Assembly (NCBI RefSeq): GCF_036321535.1
Contig: NC_087437.1
Location: forward strand, 74,216,001-74,280,000
Direction: 5' to 3'
Length of the DNA: 64,000 bases
Source of the DNA: Camelus dromedarius
Taxonomy: Eukaryota
Shown here: positions 12,601-26,464 of the stretch, piece by piece
How positions within the stretch are numbered: position 1 is the first letter of the stretch
How the letters are laid out: the number at the start of each line of letters is the position of its first letter
Position numbers and translations under genes: made by a program
The notes under the pieces: generated by a model
Told to the model about the DNA's origin: nothing
Seen by the model: the letters and a program-made list of their open reading frames with translations, nothing else
The model's database searches: none

Positions 12601-14759
12601 TCAACAAGGTAGAAAGCAAGGACACGCTGAAAGCAAGGGAACTACTTGACCTCAACATATAAGACATTTTTGGTTTCCTTTTTATCCCCCACCACAGTTT
12701 AGCACTGATTGCACTGCTACAACTACTGGTTTTTTTCTCATCCACTCCAGTTTTCCTAAAGGACCTGAATGCATTACGTCTTTTGGTAGTAAATATCCTC
12801 ATTGGGAAATGCAGCCAAAGAGACTCTACAGTAATAAGAGTTCAGCCATAAGCACCAGGAAATCCTCTCAAATCTCTGACTCTGCATTCTTTTCAACAGT
12901 AGTAACTTCCAACAGGGGGTGAACACTGGGGTGCCTGGCAATGGCTGTTTAAGGTGAGCATAACAAAGAAGGCAGAAAAATAACATTAGGGGAGGCACTG
13001 TTGCTCAACTACTCAATGGGAGGTGTCCCTTCAAAAAAGTCCTTCTCTTTTTTTTTTCAGTGTTAGTCAAGTTGGCAGAAGTACCAAAATAGCATTATAA
13101 CCTGAGACAGATGCCATGCTGTTTTATTTGTTCACACTGTCAACAAGGTAGAGTTTAACTCCTCTGACCTCAGAAGTCACTGCAGCCACCGATAGAAGTT
13201 ATCCAATTTTAGCATTGTTCAAGAAGTGAAGATACAGATAGAATTTATTATTTTTTAATATTCAAAATAAGTTTCAGAAGCAAATACAGCCACTATTTCC
13301 TATGAAATAACTTACATGAAATAAGTCTTCCCTTGTTTCTATAAAGCTGTCAAGTGACTGGATTGCTTGAAATAATGGTGGACATTTTTGTCTTCAATTT
13401 AAGAAAAATATCTATTTTTTCTGGGCGTACAAAACAGTCATTTTGCTAAAGGTAAAACTGAAAGATGATCCCCTATACAATTTTTAAATTTTTTTAAGCT
13501 TTTGTGGGGAAGATTATTGTCTCTGGCCCAAGACACTTACTGCAAACCACTATTATGCTCCACGTACAAACAATTTGCTCTAAGGAGAGAAATAATATGC
13601 ATCCTCACCTCTGGCAGCTATAAAGAAGTAAAATGTATCTGTTAAACTCCCTTCTACTACCTCCTTACATTTGCATGTTCTTAAATGGTTGGCCTAATAA
13701 CAGGAACATGGAAAATACTCTAATTCCATCACTATTCATTTTTGGCCAGTTTTTTAGCTTAATCATTGCAAAGAGATGTGGATGACTGAATATGACGTAA
13801 TTAAGGATTCAATCTATAGTTATTAATGATAGAAAAGGTACAACTTGACTTATACTGGCCCATTACTTACTCTTAACTTAACACTACTGATATTTTTTAA
13901 GTTCAAATAAGTAATATAACAAAGTTCAAATAAGTAATATTAAAAAAAACTAAAGTTCGGGAGAAGATTTAAAGAAATTTTACACCACAGTGAGTTGAGT
14001 CAAAAGGAGAAAAACATTTTTACATTTACATAAAACACTTATGAATCATCAATGACCTTTCAAAAATTGTGTTTTAAATATCTTCTCTGAGACCCTTGGC
14101 TAAGCCATGATCAAAGAGCAGTAAACTGAATGAACCTAACTACAATTTGATGAATTTTAATAATTCCATTTAAATTCTAATCTACCACCTTGATAAATTC
14201 ATCATTATTTTGATGTATCATATCAATGTATAACCCTGGGAGACATCAGGGTTTATTTTATTTATTATGTATGTGGTGGCATTTTTTCTGTATGGATTCT
14301 AGAATATAGATTAGAATTCTTCACTATAAATTCCGTTTGTTAACACTTAACCCATAATTTCAATATCTGTTTATACACCTATTTTTTAAACTATTGGATT
14401 GACTTCAATCACCAGTAGGATATCTGGTATCATAAATGTCCATTTATTTCTTTTTTTTCCAAGGAACTTTTTTTTTTTCAATTTTTGTTTTTGTTTTGTT
14501 TTTTCTTTCACAAACTCTGTGATGCAATTTCTCACTTTGGTAGATGTGTTATGCCTGTTAGACTCCAAGTTTCTGGGAGGATTTAATCAAAAGAGAGAAG
14601 AAAAATGTCATTTTCCAATGACTTAATACAACTCTTAACAGTATCCTATGCAGTGTTTTCAGATGTTCTTAGAAAACTAACAGGCAAGTGTTTTTCAATA
14701 CACTGTAATTTCTCATAACAATTCTTTTATTTTCCTTCCATTTAGCATTAGCACTTTTT

Positions 14760-14990
14760 CCTGTTTCAATTATTTTCTCTACCACTAATCAGTCATTCCC
14801 TTCGCTAACACTTCTTTCTCTAATATGATTTCTATAAGGCACAGTATGTCCAATAGCTCCTCATACCTATCTTTTGATCACCTCTCTCTTCCTATTCTGT
14901 CAGTTAGATAATGTTCTTTTGTTCCTCTTCTCATTTAGATTCCATTTCTACCTATCACTTGCCTTATGTTCCTTCTCTTTGGTTTTCAGC
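14760..14990 (+). mobile_element. L2 fragment
   Basis: CT-rich, 'cttctttctc...ctcctcatacctatcttttgatcacctctctc'. Confidence 0.4.
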
Positions 14991-17039
14991 CGACATGGAG
15001 ACGAAGGGAAGGAGAGAAAGAGAACTAACATTTTGAACTCATTCAACCAGCAAGATACTATGTTAGGTGCTTTATGTCTATTGTGCAATTTACTTGTCAC
15101 AGATAACAAAGTACACTGTATCTATCTGAATATGTAATATATAAACAAGGATTCAAAACTCAGTCTCAAAAATAGAACCAATCTAAGTTAGATCTTATTA
15201 AGTGGATAAAACTGAACTCAAACTCAGGTCATACTTGTCAGTTTGTTCCTCTCACTTTGCCCTTCTACATTATCGCTGGGAAAAATTTAATCATGAACCA
15301 CTTTTCCTGGGTGTTTCTATTCCCAACAGGGTCCACCTGCCTGTTGAGTGCCACCAGCACCTCCTCTTCCAGACATTGCCACCACCAGGCAGGGTAGCCA
15401 AAGAGTATTGCTCATGCCCTAATGCTTTTAGAATTTCTTTTAGTCAAACTTTTCGTCTAGCATATAAGACTGAAACAAAAGGCTGGCATCAAATCTGAGT
15501 GACCATTGGTACATTAGAAACTAAGATTTTGTAGGAATCATATTTGTTCACTTGTCTCCGTCTTCTCTTATGGTGTGTGTTTTTCTAACAGACACATCTC
15601 TCATTTCTATCACTTAGATGAAATTTTATTAATAACTTATTTCTATAATATTAAATGACAAATGCACTTATAAATCATCAAGTAGAAAAATACAGTTCTT
15701 TGCCATGATAAAGCTCTAATATATCCTGAAAAGACTGCAGAAACTTAAAAACATTTAAGATCCATAGACCAAAACCAACCTGGGCCCATTCTGTGTGAGA
15801 AATACATGGATAGTCTCTCTTCTCTCTCTTTTTCTAGTTAGAAATCAGTTAGGACCTTATAATTCTGTTATTTTCAAGGTGGATAAAACACTTCAAGAAA
15901 GCTCAAGGATAAGCAATCAACCAAATTTTAAAAGAGATTGAGTAATGCCACATGTGTGCTGCATACTATACATAGTAGGTAGTATGTATTTTTTAAAATT
16001 AAGTCATTGATTCCAAGTTCTGACTACTCCACAGCTGATTTATCTGTATCCTAATCAATGGGCAATTAAGTCACCCTGTGTAAGAAAGTATCATCAGTTA
16101 ATGACATATCGTATCGTTGCCCATATGGACTCAATTTTAAGAATCACCAGCATAATTGAGAAAATAATTCTAAATAGCAAACATGCAAAAATTGACGGGA
16201 CAATGGCTGGTGTTGAGAGCAGAGGACTCAAAGGCATCCAAATACAACTGTACTTGGAGAAAAGCACAGTAGCCAAAGAGTCTGTTCTTTCATCCGATGT
16301 CTTGGAAAACCACAATTCACATAATTTCATATGGCTTTTCCACGACACTTTTCCTAAAATTTTCTCCTAGTAAGGACTAAGCCTTTGTATTCTATGGACA
16401 AACGACAGGGCAAGAGCACAGAGCGACTCTTTTCATCCGAAACCATGACCTGTGGTACACATGGAGCACTTCAGTGTGAGGGACAGCAGAGACAGACAGC
16501 CCTGTGGCTCCATATGGGCTCAGAGAACTAAAAATGTGTTGCTGTGTTATTACATTTGTGAGACATTTCTCACACATTTTAAAACAACTTTAGGTATTAT
16601 CCTGTGAAATAAGTATCTTTATAAACAAAAAAGTCTCCTCATACCTACCATTGGGGCTGTCAGAGCTAGCTGTGCCTACTAGAATGAATGCAAGGTTATG
16701 GGAATTAATAAATAAAGAGAGAGGGTAAGATCACTGCTGACCTCTCAGAAAATGCCCAGACTGGAGGGGAAGGGAAGGGAATGGAGGCGGACACATCCTG
16801 ACAGAGGAAGGAATCAAGCAGTTTTTACTCCATCCTGGCAGAATTTATGAGAAATAATATTGAATGGGACACTGCGATGATGTGAGGGTGTCACTCAAAC
16901 ACCCTCATATCCAGATACAGGGGAACTTCCTTAGGCTCATCAACTTTTTCGTTAATAATGTCATTCATTTATTCATTCACTCACTCATACTTACTGCTAA
17001 CTCATTGTCTCATTATTTCACAAAACAAACCCTACAGTT

Positions 17040-17330
17040 ACTCAAGCTCACTCCCCCACTTTTCCCCTACACTCGTTTTTCTGGTTTCTACCTCTACTCA
17101 CTTCAAACATCACCACCTCCACATGGGATCTCCAGTCATCACCCTGACTGAATTAGCGTCCTACTCCCAGATTATTTCCATCATGTCTCTTTGTTTGTAT
17201 ATTTCCTTCTAACTTTTACTACCATCTGTCCATGTCATGTTTGTTCCTGTTCATGTCCATGCTCCCAAAAGTGACCTAAACACAACTTCAAGTATTACGG
17301 CTACTGTATACGTATTTATTGACTGAATAT
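17040..17330 (+). mobile_element. L2 3' fragment
   Basis: 'cttcaaacatcaccacctccacatgggatctccagtcatcaccctgactgaa...tatttattgactgaat'. Confidence 0.5.
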
Positions 17331-18045
17331 TTTTGCTAGATGCCTCAAATTCTCAAGTTCCTTAAGAAAGGACTATGAGGCTGAAATGCTGTTCATTTGG
17401 GAGACTAATAAATATGAATTAACCTCTTGAGGAGGAAGTCCTTCAATGGGAACAATACTTGGGTCAACGTACAGAGAGATGACACCATGTCAAATCCCAG
17501 TAGCTGTTTCTCGTTTATTTTTGAATTACGGCAGCAAAGGCAGTAGCAATTGCATATTGAAATGCCGTTTTGTGAATTCAGACTTTATAGATGATGGAAG
17601 AGGTGAAAAATAATGATGATTTAAGGAGAAATCATGAAAAATCAGGACCCTACTGGGAGAATACAGGCCCAGGAGTTCATAATGATTTCACCAAATGGGG
17701 ACTTCGAGGAAAAGGCATTTCATCACCTTGTGATCTAAGCAAGAGTTACACTTGAGCATAGTCATTTATTCAATACATATTTATTTAGAATCCATTATAT
17801 GCTATTTATTATAGCATCCCTAGTATTTAGCTGATATCATGAGGCATAGTTTCTGTTTCTGCCCTGAAGGAATGTATATATTTGCTTATAGTCTGCATTT
17901 TCTTTTGCTCAATTTTCAGCTAATTATAGTTGCTGGCGTAAGTAAAGGATGTTGGCTTTACCCATGTTACAATCTGTGGAGAACAGACTATGTAATGTCA
18001 ATTGAAAGCCTTATTTCTGACAAAAGAAAATCTCTGATAAATGTT

Positions 18046-18048
<3 letters not shown>

Positions 18049-18098
<50 letters not shown>
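18049..18098. repeat. (TA)25 microsatellite followed by a CA/TA mix
   Basis: Read directly. Confidence 0.98.
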
Positions 18099-18102
<4 letters not shown>

Positions 18103-18341
18103 CACACACACATGTATATATATACACACAAATGTGACTTAAAGTAAAATTGGTACACATCCAGTTGGAGCCTTAATTTTTACATAAGGTATCCCTGGTA
18201 CATCCTTAAATGATAAAACCGCGGGAATACAGCTGTACATATACATAACAACTCAGCTTCCAATTTGTCAAAATCAAAGGACAATTATAATCACAAACCC
18301 TGAAGTGAAAAGCAGACATCCACCAGTCTAATAGGATGAGA

Positions 18342-18480
18342 TAGTGCTTCTAAACTTTTAAGGTACCTTCGGATCTTATTAAAATGCAGACTCAGTGGGA
18401 CTGGAGGGGGGCCTGAGACTCTGAATTTCTTACAAGTTCAAAGATTACATCAATGCTGCTGGGTCAGGGCCACACAGTGG
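18342..18480. mobile_element. MER5-type DNA transposon relic
   Basis: 'agtgcttctaaactt...ggatcttattaaaatgcagactcagtgggactggaggggggcctgagactctgaatttcttacaag...gctgctgggtcagggccacac'. Confidence 0.8.
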
Positions 18481-19681
18481 CTCCATATTTCAGTTACTGA
18501 CTACTGATTTGAAAACTAAGAAGTACAGAGGTGGGATTTTTTTATTACTGTTGTTAATCTGGATAAATAAAGTGCGAAATCTTACTGCAAACATGTTAAG
18601 AAAGAATACAAACAAAAAACAAACAACAGTAACAACAAAAATGGCTGAATCCAAAGGAGGTGAGACCTCCTTTCTATAACAAGAAAAGCGGCCATAGATT
18701 AGTTGCACCCAGAAAATAAATGCTTTTGAAAAGTCATTTTGTGACTCATTTGAGTGATTTCCCAGTAGAACTCCTACTTGGATTTCAATTTTGATACAGA
18801 AATTTGGATCAATATCAGAGAAACAAAAAGCCCACAAATGCATGAAGCACCCTGAGTTAATCACAGTGCTCACTGAACAGCTGCTTGCTCCTGCAGAACA
18901 TTAAGCTGTCAGCATAGTCATTTCTCTTCCCAAGTTTGTGTGTTTCATTCAGCTTTCCCACCAAAGGGGTTTTGTGAAAAGATCCTTGTTTAACGACAAA
19001 TCTCCTGTGACAATATCGGAAGGGATAAGTTACTAACAAGAGAAAAACAGGCTACTAGTGAATTTGGCTAGCATCTTCACACAAGGAGAACTCAGGATAT
19101 TCTATTTTTATGAAGTTATAGGGGGTTCAGTTCTCTCTCCAGAAAGAATAACTGTTCGTCTGTTGAACTGACATATACAAACATGAATATTCCTTCGATT
19201 TGGAGATCTAGTCATTCCATTTCAGAAGTCATAGGTACTCTTATGCCATGACTCAGGCACCATCCTCATGGTGGAAAGTTAATGTGGTTTAAAACATGAT
19301 TCGACAAGAGATTTCTGTTTTGTTTTAGTACTCTGAGATGATCAGATTCCTTCTTAGAAAGAAAAACATTACAACCCAAGAGAGTCTGAGTGAAATCAAC
19401 CTCTTTGTAAAAAGTCCTCTTCTATTAAAGGCCATGTTTTCTATGACATTCTTGGGCTCTTGTATTTTTCAACTGCCATTTTAATAACATTACTTGGGGA
19501 CAAAAGCACACAGAGGTGTTACCTATGAACTCACAAGGACTGTTACAGTTTAAAGGTATTCAGAGTACTTACTAGGATTTTTAGCTTGTCTATTTTACTT
19601 AAAAAGAATCTCTCAGACTAAAGGCAAGAATTCTGGGCAAAGAATCAATACTCTAGCTTCCTATGTGTTATGTCATGTTAC

Positions 19682-20305
19682 TATTATTGAAGTATAGTTG
19701 ATTTACAATGTTGTGTTAGTTTCAGGTATACAGCAAAGTGATTCAGTTATTTATATATATAATACATTTTTCAGATTCTTTTCCATTACAAGATATTGAG
19801 TATAGTTCCCCATGCTATTGGTTATCTATTTTATATATAGTAGGGTGTATATTTTAATCACAAACTCCTAACTTATCCTCCCCCAACCTTTTTCCCTTTG
19901 ATAATCATAAGTTTGTTTTCTATGTCTGTGAGTCTATTTCTGCTTTATAAATAAGTTAATTTGCATCATTTTTTTAGATTCCTCGTGACATATTTCTCCA
20001 TCAAATCTGAACAAGAGCCTCAATGGGTGGAGTATTCTTGGTTGTAGGATTTACCCTTTCCTCACTTTAAATATATTTTGCCACTCCCTTCAGACCTGCA
20101 GTGTTTCTGCTGAAGATCAGCTGACAGTTTTATGGGAGTTCCCTTGTATGTTATTTGTTGCTTTTCCTTTGTTGCTTTTAATATTTTCTCTTTATCTTTA
20201 ATTTTTGTCGGTTTGATTACTATGTGTCTTGATGTGCTACTCTCTGGGTTAACCTGTATGGGACTCTCTGAGCTTCCTGGACTTGGGTGACTGTTTCCTT
20301 TCTAT
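19682..20305 (-). mobile_element. L1 remnant: 3' UTR (19682-~19985) joined directly to an ORF1 fragment (~19991-20305)
   Basis: 'ttattgaagtatagttgatttacaatgttgtgttagtttcaggtatacagcaaagtgattcag' is a reversed L1 3' end. 'ccactcccttcagacctgcagtgtttctgctgaagatcagctgacag' is reversed ORF1. Confidence 0.85.
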
Positions 20306-21514
20306 GCCATTGTGGTCTAATGTCCCCCATCTGATTTGATATGAGGATAAAACCTTCTAATTTGCTATCCTGAAGCATATTTTCAGATTTTCCTCTTATC
20401 TGGTAAAAACTTTATTTCCCAAAGTTCAAAAATATCATACTTGTTTGGCTTATATCGTATTTATTTGACTTCCTCCTACTTAGAACAGTGGCTAAGAAAA
20501 TTTTTATGCCTTCCTTCTAAGAACTTGAAATGTTTCCACATGTTAACCATTTATTTATCAAAAACACCTATAATGAAAAATAACTTCATAATAATAATAA
20601 TAAATAAATTATAAAAGGAATTACCCTACTTGTAGGCATTAGGGAACTAAGGTAATTAATTGCCCAAGGTAGTAGAGGCAAACTAGTATCAACGTGGAGG
20701 CAAAACCACATGCCTGGCTCACAACAGGCTTCAAAAATATTTATTTTCTAAATTATTTGTGGACAGACTTGAGCCCAAATCCATGCCCTAATACTCCTGT
20801 TGTTGATGTTGCTGTTAATTTATCTCACTCTAGGAAGGATTTTATTTCCTGGATGCCATTAGAGTCTCAATATAGAAGTTTCTAAGCCTCAGGCTATGTC
20901 TCATTTAGATTTTTCTTTCAGAAAGCTTCTCTTTCCACGTGTACTTTCATCTTAATCCATGGATTTACACATAGATTTAATGGAATTTGACATTTTCCCA
21001 CAATTTCTCCCCTCTGGTTGTTGCAGGTTAGGGTTGCTAGATCATAATGGAATAAAATGTGACTTTGTTTTTTAATGTTATTTTAATACCAGATGTAACT
21101 TCTTGCCTTGATAGGCTATGGTCAAAAGCTCATTTTATTTGGAAATATCGAATACAAATTTGTATATGAGTTCTACTGCTGATTAGATAGCTATGACTAA
21201 TAATATTTCAAAAGAACAATTCAACTGACTGAATTAACTTACTTCATTACCAGTTTTACGATTATTTTCTGCTTGGGACCCATTAATATTATTAAAATAT
21301 TAAGATCAGAGTATTTATTTAGACAAGTTGCAAATATCTCAGGATAACATAAAATGAAATACTGGGACTTGCTTAGTTAGCTAAGCTAGAGCATATCCAC
21401 TTTGATGGGGATGTGTACTGTGCTGTGGAGAAAAGAAAAAACCACCGTGGTCCCAAACAAAACTTTTCTAATAATTAACTTATGGAACTGGGAAAAGTTA
21501 ACCAACTTTTCTTT

Positions 21515-21990
21515 TTCACTTTACATTTTAAATTTAGACTTAAAGAAAAGTTGCAAAAATAGTACAGAGAATTCCTGTGTATCTCTCACTCCAGTTTTTC
21601 CTAATGCTAGCACCATTTATAACCAGAAAATAATTTTAAAAACCAGGAAATTAACACGGGTGTGATATTATTAACTATATCACAGATTTTATTCAAATTC
21701 CAACAGTTTTTTCACTAGGTCTTTTTTTCCCATTATGTTTTTCCTTATCTTCTTTTTATTTGAGAGTCCTATGTTAATCTCACATTGTGTCTAGCTGTTA
21801 CATCTCTTTGCTCTTCTCCAATGTGTGACTTTGCTTTTGTTTTCCTTTTCTTTCATGATCTTGACATTTTGGAAGAGTACTCACTTATTTTGTTGTGTTC
21901 CTCATTATTTATTTTGTTGTCTGATATTATGTCATAACTAAAATCAGGTTATCATTTTGGGGGATGCAAAACCACCACAGAAATGATGTT
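21515..21990 (-). mobile_element. Old L1 3' end (L1MC-like)
   Basis: 'aaatttagacttaaagaaaagttgcaaaaatagtacagagaattcctgtgtatc...aaaaccaggaaattaaca'. Confidence 0.7.
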
Positions 21991-23299
21991 GAGTTTCATT
22001 TATTCCATTGTTAAAACAAGGTAAATTAAAAATAAAGCTTTGTGATATATCTTCTATTATTCTGTTCTGCTTTGCTTTTATTTTCTCGTACTGATAAAGT
22101 TAAGTCTTCATTGTAACAGAAAATGACATTTATATAAAAATGTATTTTAGTATTATTTCCTTCAGGTGAACAGACACTAAATAATTCAGCTTCACCTATG
22201 CTTAACACACCACAGGCATTTTTTTCAAAACAGAAAAATGACTGAGTTTTTCAAAAAAATTAACTTAAAAAAATCCAGAGATTTTAAGAGCCATGTCATA
22301 AAACAGAGGGAGTTTAGTTCACCTAAACTATAGCATGAATATGCATTATCTTCCTTCATCAATAGCCTGTTATGTTTTATGTGTCTTCTAGATGTTTGTT
22401 GTTTATGCCATTCTTATTTTTAAATAGATCTGTTGGCCACTGTCAGTTTGGTTTTACATCACGTAATTTAGCATATTTGAAGTAAGTATTATTTACTATT
22501 ATATCCCAACAAATACCTTACCTTCTAGAGAGAGATACAGATATTTTTAGTATTCTATTAGGCAAAGACTGTCAATAACTACCAAGAATTGAGCATGCAG
22601 TGGTTTTCAAAAGTTATGAATAATGCCAATAAATAATTATAATCATTATAGGCATTACAATGCTTACAATATAATAATGCCTAAATAATAATTTTAGAAG
22701 TCTTCATAGAAATCTAAAAAGCTCCAAACATCTCAATTTAAGAAAATATTATATTTTGAATGGAAGGAGAACACCAAACACCTGTGACAGATTCCAGGGA
22801 AATGTAAGGTGTTCTGAATCTGGTCTTGCCATTCTCAGTGCATTCTTTCCTCCCTCCCTCCCTCCCTTCTCTCCTTCTTTCCAGTTTTATTTAATAAGAC
22901 CCTGTAAGACAATTATAGTATAAAAAGTTTGATTATAGAGTTATACAGAACACACTATGAAAATATTTTTTTTAAAAAAGGAATATTTTGCTTTACCTGA
23001 AACTTTCAGCTGACTTTCACTGCTGCAATACTAAGGGGAGAGAAGGCCGTAACAGGGGCGAAGGAAGTTGCTTTTATAGAATCCTTCATTGAAACCTGTA
23101 GATGAATGCTTACTCTTGGGGGCATGGCAAACTTCCAGCATTCATATACACAACTGATTATACCCAATAGTCTTACACTCAGTCTACCTAAGCGCATGTG
23201 TGTTAACCAGAGTAGCAGGATGATCTGATTAAGTTACCCATTTACAAACTACATCCATCCTGACTTTATTACAAAAATGAAGTGCCTGCTTATTAATAG

Positions 23300-23540
23300 T
23301 ATTGATAGCTTATTCTTATTCTAACACAACCATGTGACATAACAAAGCTGAAAGCTTTAGGTATGTTATCTCAGTTAATTCTCATAGAAAACACATTGAA
23401 ATGAATAATATTATTATGGCAATTTTATAAAAGAGGGATTGAACTTGAAGAGTTTGCACAAATTGCCAGTGATGTACAGCATGGAAGCTTCAGAGCTGAT
23501 ATTTGAGTGAAAATAATCTGAATTCAGAGACTGTCCTCAT
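23300..23540 (-). mobile_element. MIR SINE
   Basis: 'gttatctcagttaattctcatag...aattttataaaagagggattgaacttgaagag...atctgaattcagag'. Confidence 0.5.
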
Positions 23541-25229
23541 AACAAGCATAAGGCATAGATAATTCTTCTTCACCAAGAAAGCAAGTGGACTTATGATGGG
23601 TACTATCACGACACTTAAACTTAACTCTCACAGTGACAATAAACAGAGGATTACTCAGTTTTGGTGTATGTATATGATTTTCATGTGAAAGCATGAGATC
23701 ACACTGTGTTTCTTCATCAAATGTTTAAGTATGAAGGTGAAATTTTCTCTTTGCCCAGAATGCAAGGATATAAAGTGAAGCGGCATGTCCTCAGTATCAG
23801 CTTGCTAATATTACAGGGCTCACAGATGAGTAAAAGGGCTCCTATTCCTTTTCACTGGGAGAAGACTGTATTTCCATTATTTGTATACATTACCTGTATT
23901 AGTGAGAAAGGAAGAGCCTGAACTCTAAAGTACATGAAAAGCTCCTTTGAAAAGATAACTCAGGATTCATGTCACATTTAAACCTCAGGCTTTTTACCTG
24001 GTCCCGCAAGTTGAAAGACCTTACATTTCTAAGAACTATTTTTGCTAGGAACCCATCCAAATTATCCAATACCCTGTGCCCTTAGATCAAACACACATGG
24101 AACAGCATTGAAACTTGCTTGGGAAAATAAAAAGCCTTAAGGAGAAATAAATTGATTTTAAAACTGTAATAAATAATAATTGCTATAGCTGGAAATAGTT
24201 GATATACTAATTTCTTGGGTCTTATGTTAAATCTAACTTTTCTGTAGTTCCCTATCTTATGACTTCATTCAGCCTGTAGGTAGCCCTCACACTTATATTT
24301 AAGTCATTGCACATTTATTGATTACCTACTCCACGACTTTGCTATGCAGGGATTAAAAAGATGAGTGAAATATGGTATCTACCAGAACAAAGCTTACAAT
24401 CCAGTAATGGTTGGAAGAATAAGATAGATACACAAAATTCAAAGCAAAAAAGGTAAATGGCTTAAGAAAAATCCAAATAAAGAATTATATATACTATCTG
24501 TATCTAGAGAGAGAGAGACAAGCAGAGACAGAGAGAGAAAGAGGAAGTTTGGGGTAGCTGTAAAAAAAAAACTTCCTGAATGAAAAAGTGTTTAAGATCA
24601 ATTTTAAGAGATTTTTGACATGGAAGAAAAAAGGGGAAAAAAAAAAGAACAAAGAGCAAGAGGGAAAGGGAGAAAAGTGAGAATACAGAGCGCAGGTATA
24701 TTCAGGTCCTTTGAAAAGCAGAATACATAGAAGAGGCCGATGATAAAATTAAAAAGATATTAGTAAGAATTTACAGAACTTGCTATCTGAAAATGTAGAA
24801 GGAAAAATTAAAGATAAATGTGTGGTTTAAAACATAAATGTATAATAGTGGTTTTATTTTAAGAAAGAAGCAAGGTGTTGAGATTAAAGTACTTGCTTGA
24901 ATATTTGGGCTTTTGAATTATAATTTGGGCCTTTAAAAGAGATTGTAAAGAATATAACAGTTGGAATTATAAAATTGATATCAAATCCTAGATCTTCTAA
25001 TTTGTATGTCCTTAGGCATGTCACAAACTGTTCGAGCGTCATTTTATTCATTGCTAAAAATGTAGATTAAAAGTGATTTTCAGTCTACAAAATTCAACAA
25101 ATTGAAGATGCTCCTGTTAATGATGTCTGCATGAAAGTAACAGTAGAAATGATTATTAAAAGGACAGAATATAAGAGGTCTGAAGAGGGGTTAATGCAAT
25201 TGCTATGTTTGTTAAATGAAAAAAGGAAT

Positions 25230-26430
25230 TGTAACCATCACATGCAATTTTGTTTGTTGATACCTATTTTTCACAGTTTTATGACACACATATGCATACT
25301 GACACAATGCATTGCTTGACTTTAGTTGTTTTTGAACTTCTTAAAAAGGGTGTCATGTACTATGTACTCTTCTAAGACTTGCTCTATTCAACCTCAGATT
25401 ATGATGCTAAGATTCATCCATGATGTTTATTACATATCATTTTTATTGCTACATAGTATTCCATTTTATAAAAATTCCATACTCTTGTTATCCATTCTAC
25501 CTTTTATGGATATTTTTCTTGTTTCCAGTTGTTTTTACTATTATGAACAGTGGAACAATGAACATTTTTGTTATGTCTTCAGCACATGCATGCAAGAATC
25601 GTATATATCCAGGAAGGGGTCAACTCTACAAAACAATGTCAAATTGATTTCCAAAAAGTTTTTAGTATTTTTACACCCTTGACAGTAAAGTATAAAAGAT
25701 TCATATTCTCTCCAAACCATGGTTCCATCAAATTTCTTAAATTGTATTAATGTGTGGTGAGCAACAGTATCACACTGTGTTCTTTCATTGACATTTTCCC
25801 CATTACTACTAAAATTTGGTGACTCTTCTAATATCTTTTGTGACGTGTCTTTGAACATTTTGACCATTTTTACTGTTAATTTTTACATTTAATTTATGGG
25901 ATTTCCCTATGTATTACTTCATTATAGTCTTTGCTGACTATGAGAATTTCAAATAACTTTCCATACTTTCTTCACTGTCTTTAAAGTACATTGTGAGAAA
26001 CAAATGTTCTTAATTTGCACATCATCTGTTGGTTCATTTTTCTAATTTTTTGTGCTTTTGAGTCTTACATAAAACACTCTCTGGCCCAAGGTCAGAAAGA
26101 TATGTACCTATACTTTCTTCTGAATGTATACAATTCAGTTTGTGCTTTTTAAAGTTCTTAATTCATATAAAGCTGATTTCTGTATACTGTGTGAGGTAGA
26201 AATCCAGTCTTATTTTTCCCTTTGTAATGATCCATCTCTGGCTCTCTTTATTGACTATTTCTTCTCTTTTTCAGTGGCCTGTCCAAGAACCTCAATCATC
26301 CATCAAAGTCCAATCTAAGTCTGAGTCTTTTCTTGGATCCCCCTTCTGTTCCTATCGTTATCTTATCCTCTCCCCAAAGCAGCATCGTTCTGCCTTAATT
26401 GAAATGTGGCATGTAGAGAAATTCCTCCCT
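25230..26430 (-). mobile_element. Old L1 (L1ME-like) 3' region
   Basis: 'gctaagattcatccatgatg', 'tttttactattatgaacagtggaacaatgaacat', 'ggcccaaggtcagaaagatat' and 'gtgtgaggtagaaatccag' are reversed ORF2 C-terminal and 3' UTR phrases. Confidence 0.7.
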
Positions 26431-26464
26431 CCTTATTCTTTTTTTTTATGTTAACACATACGAA

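Noticed and set aside
13041..13153. Strong plus-strand acceptor (ccttctcttttttttttcag) as a coding exon
   Set aside because: All three frames hit stops within 40 nt and the next donor (gtagag) is weak.
18490..18873. 127 aa minus-strand ORF
   Set aside because: No recognisable domain. The hydrophobic stretch comes from an (AAC/AAAC) low-complexity run, and there is no splice or start context.
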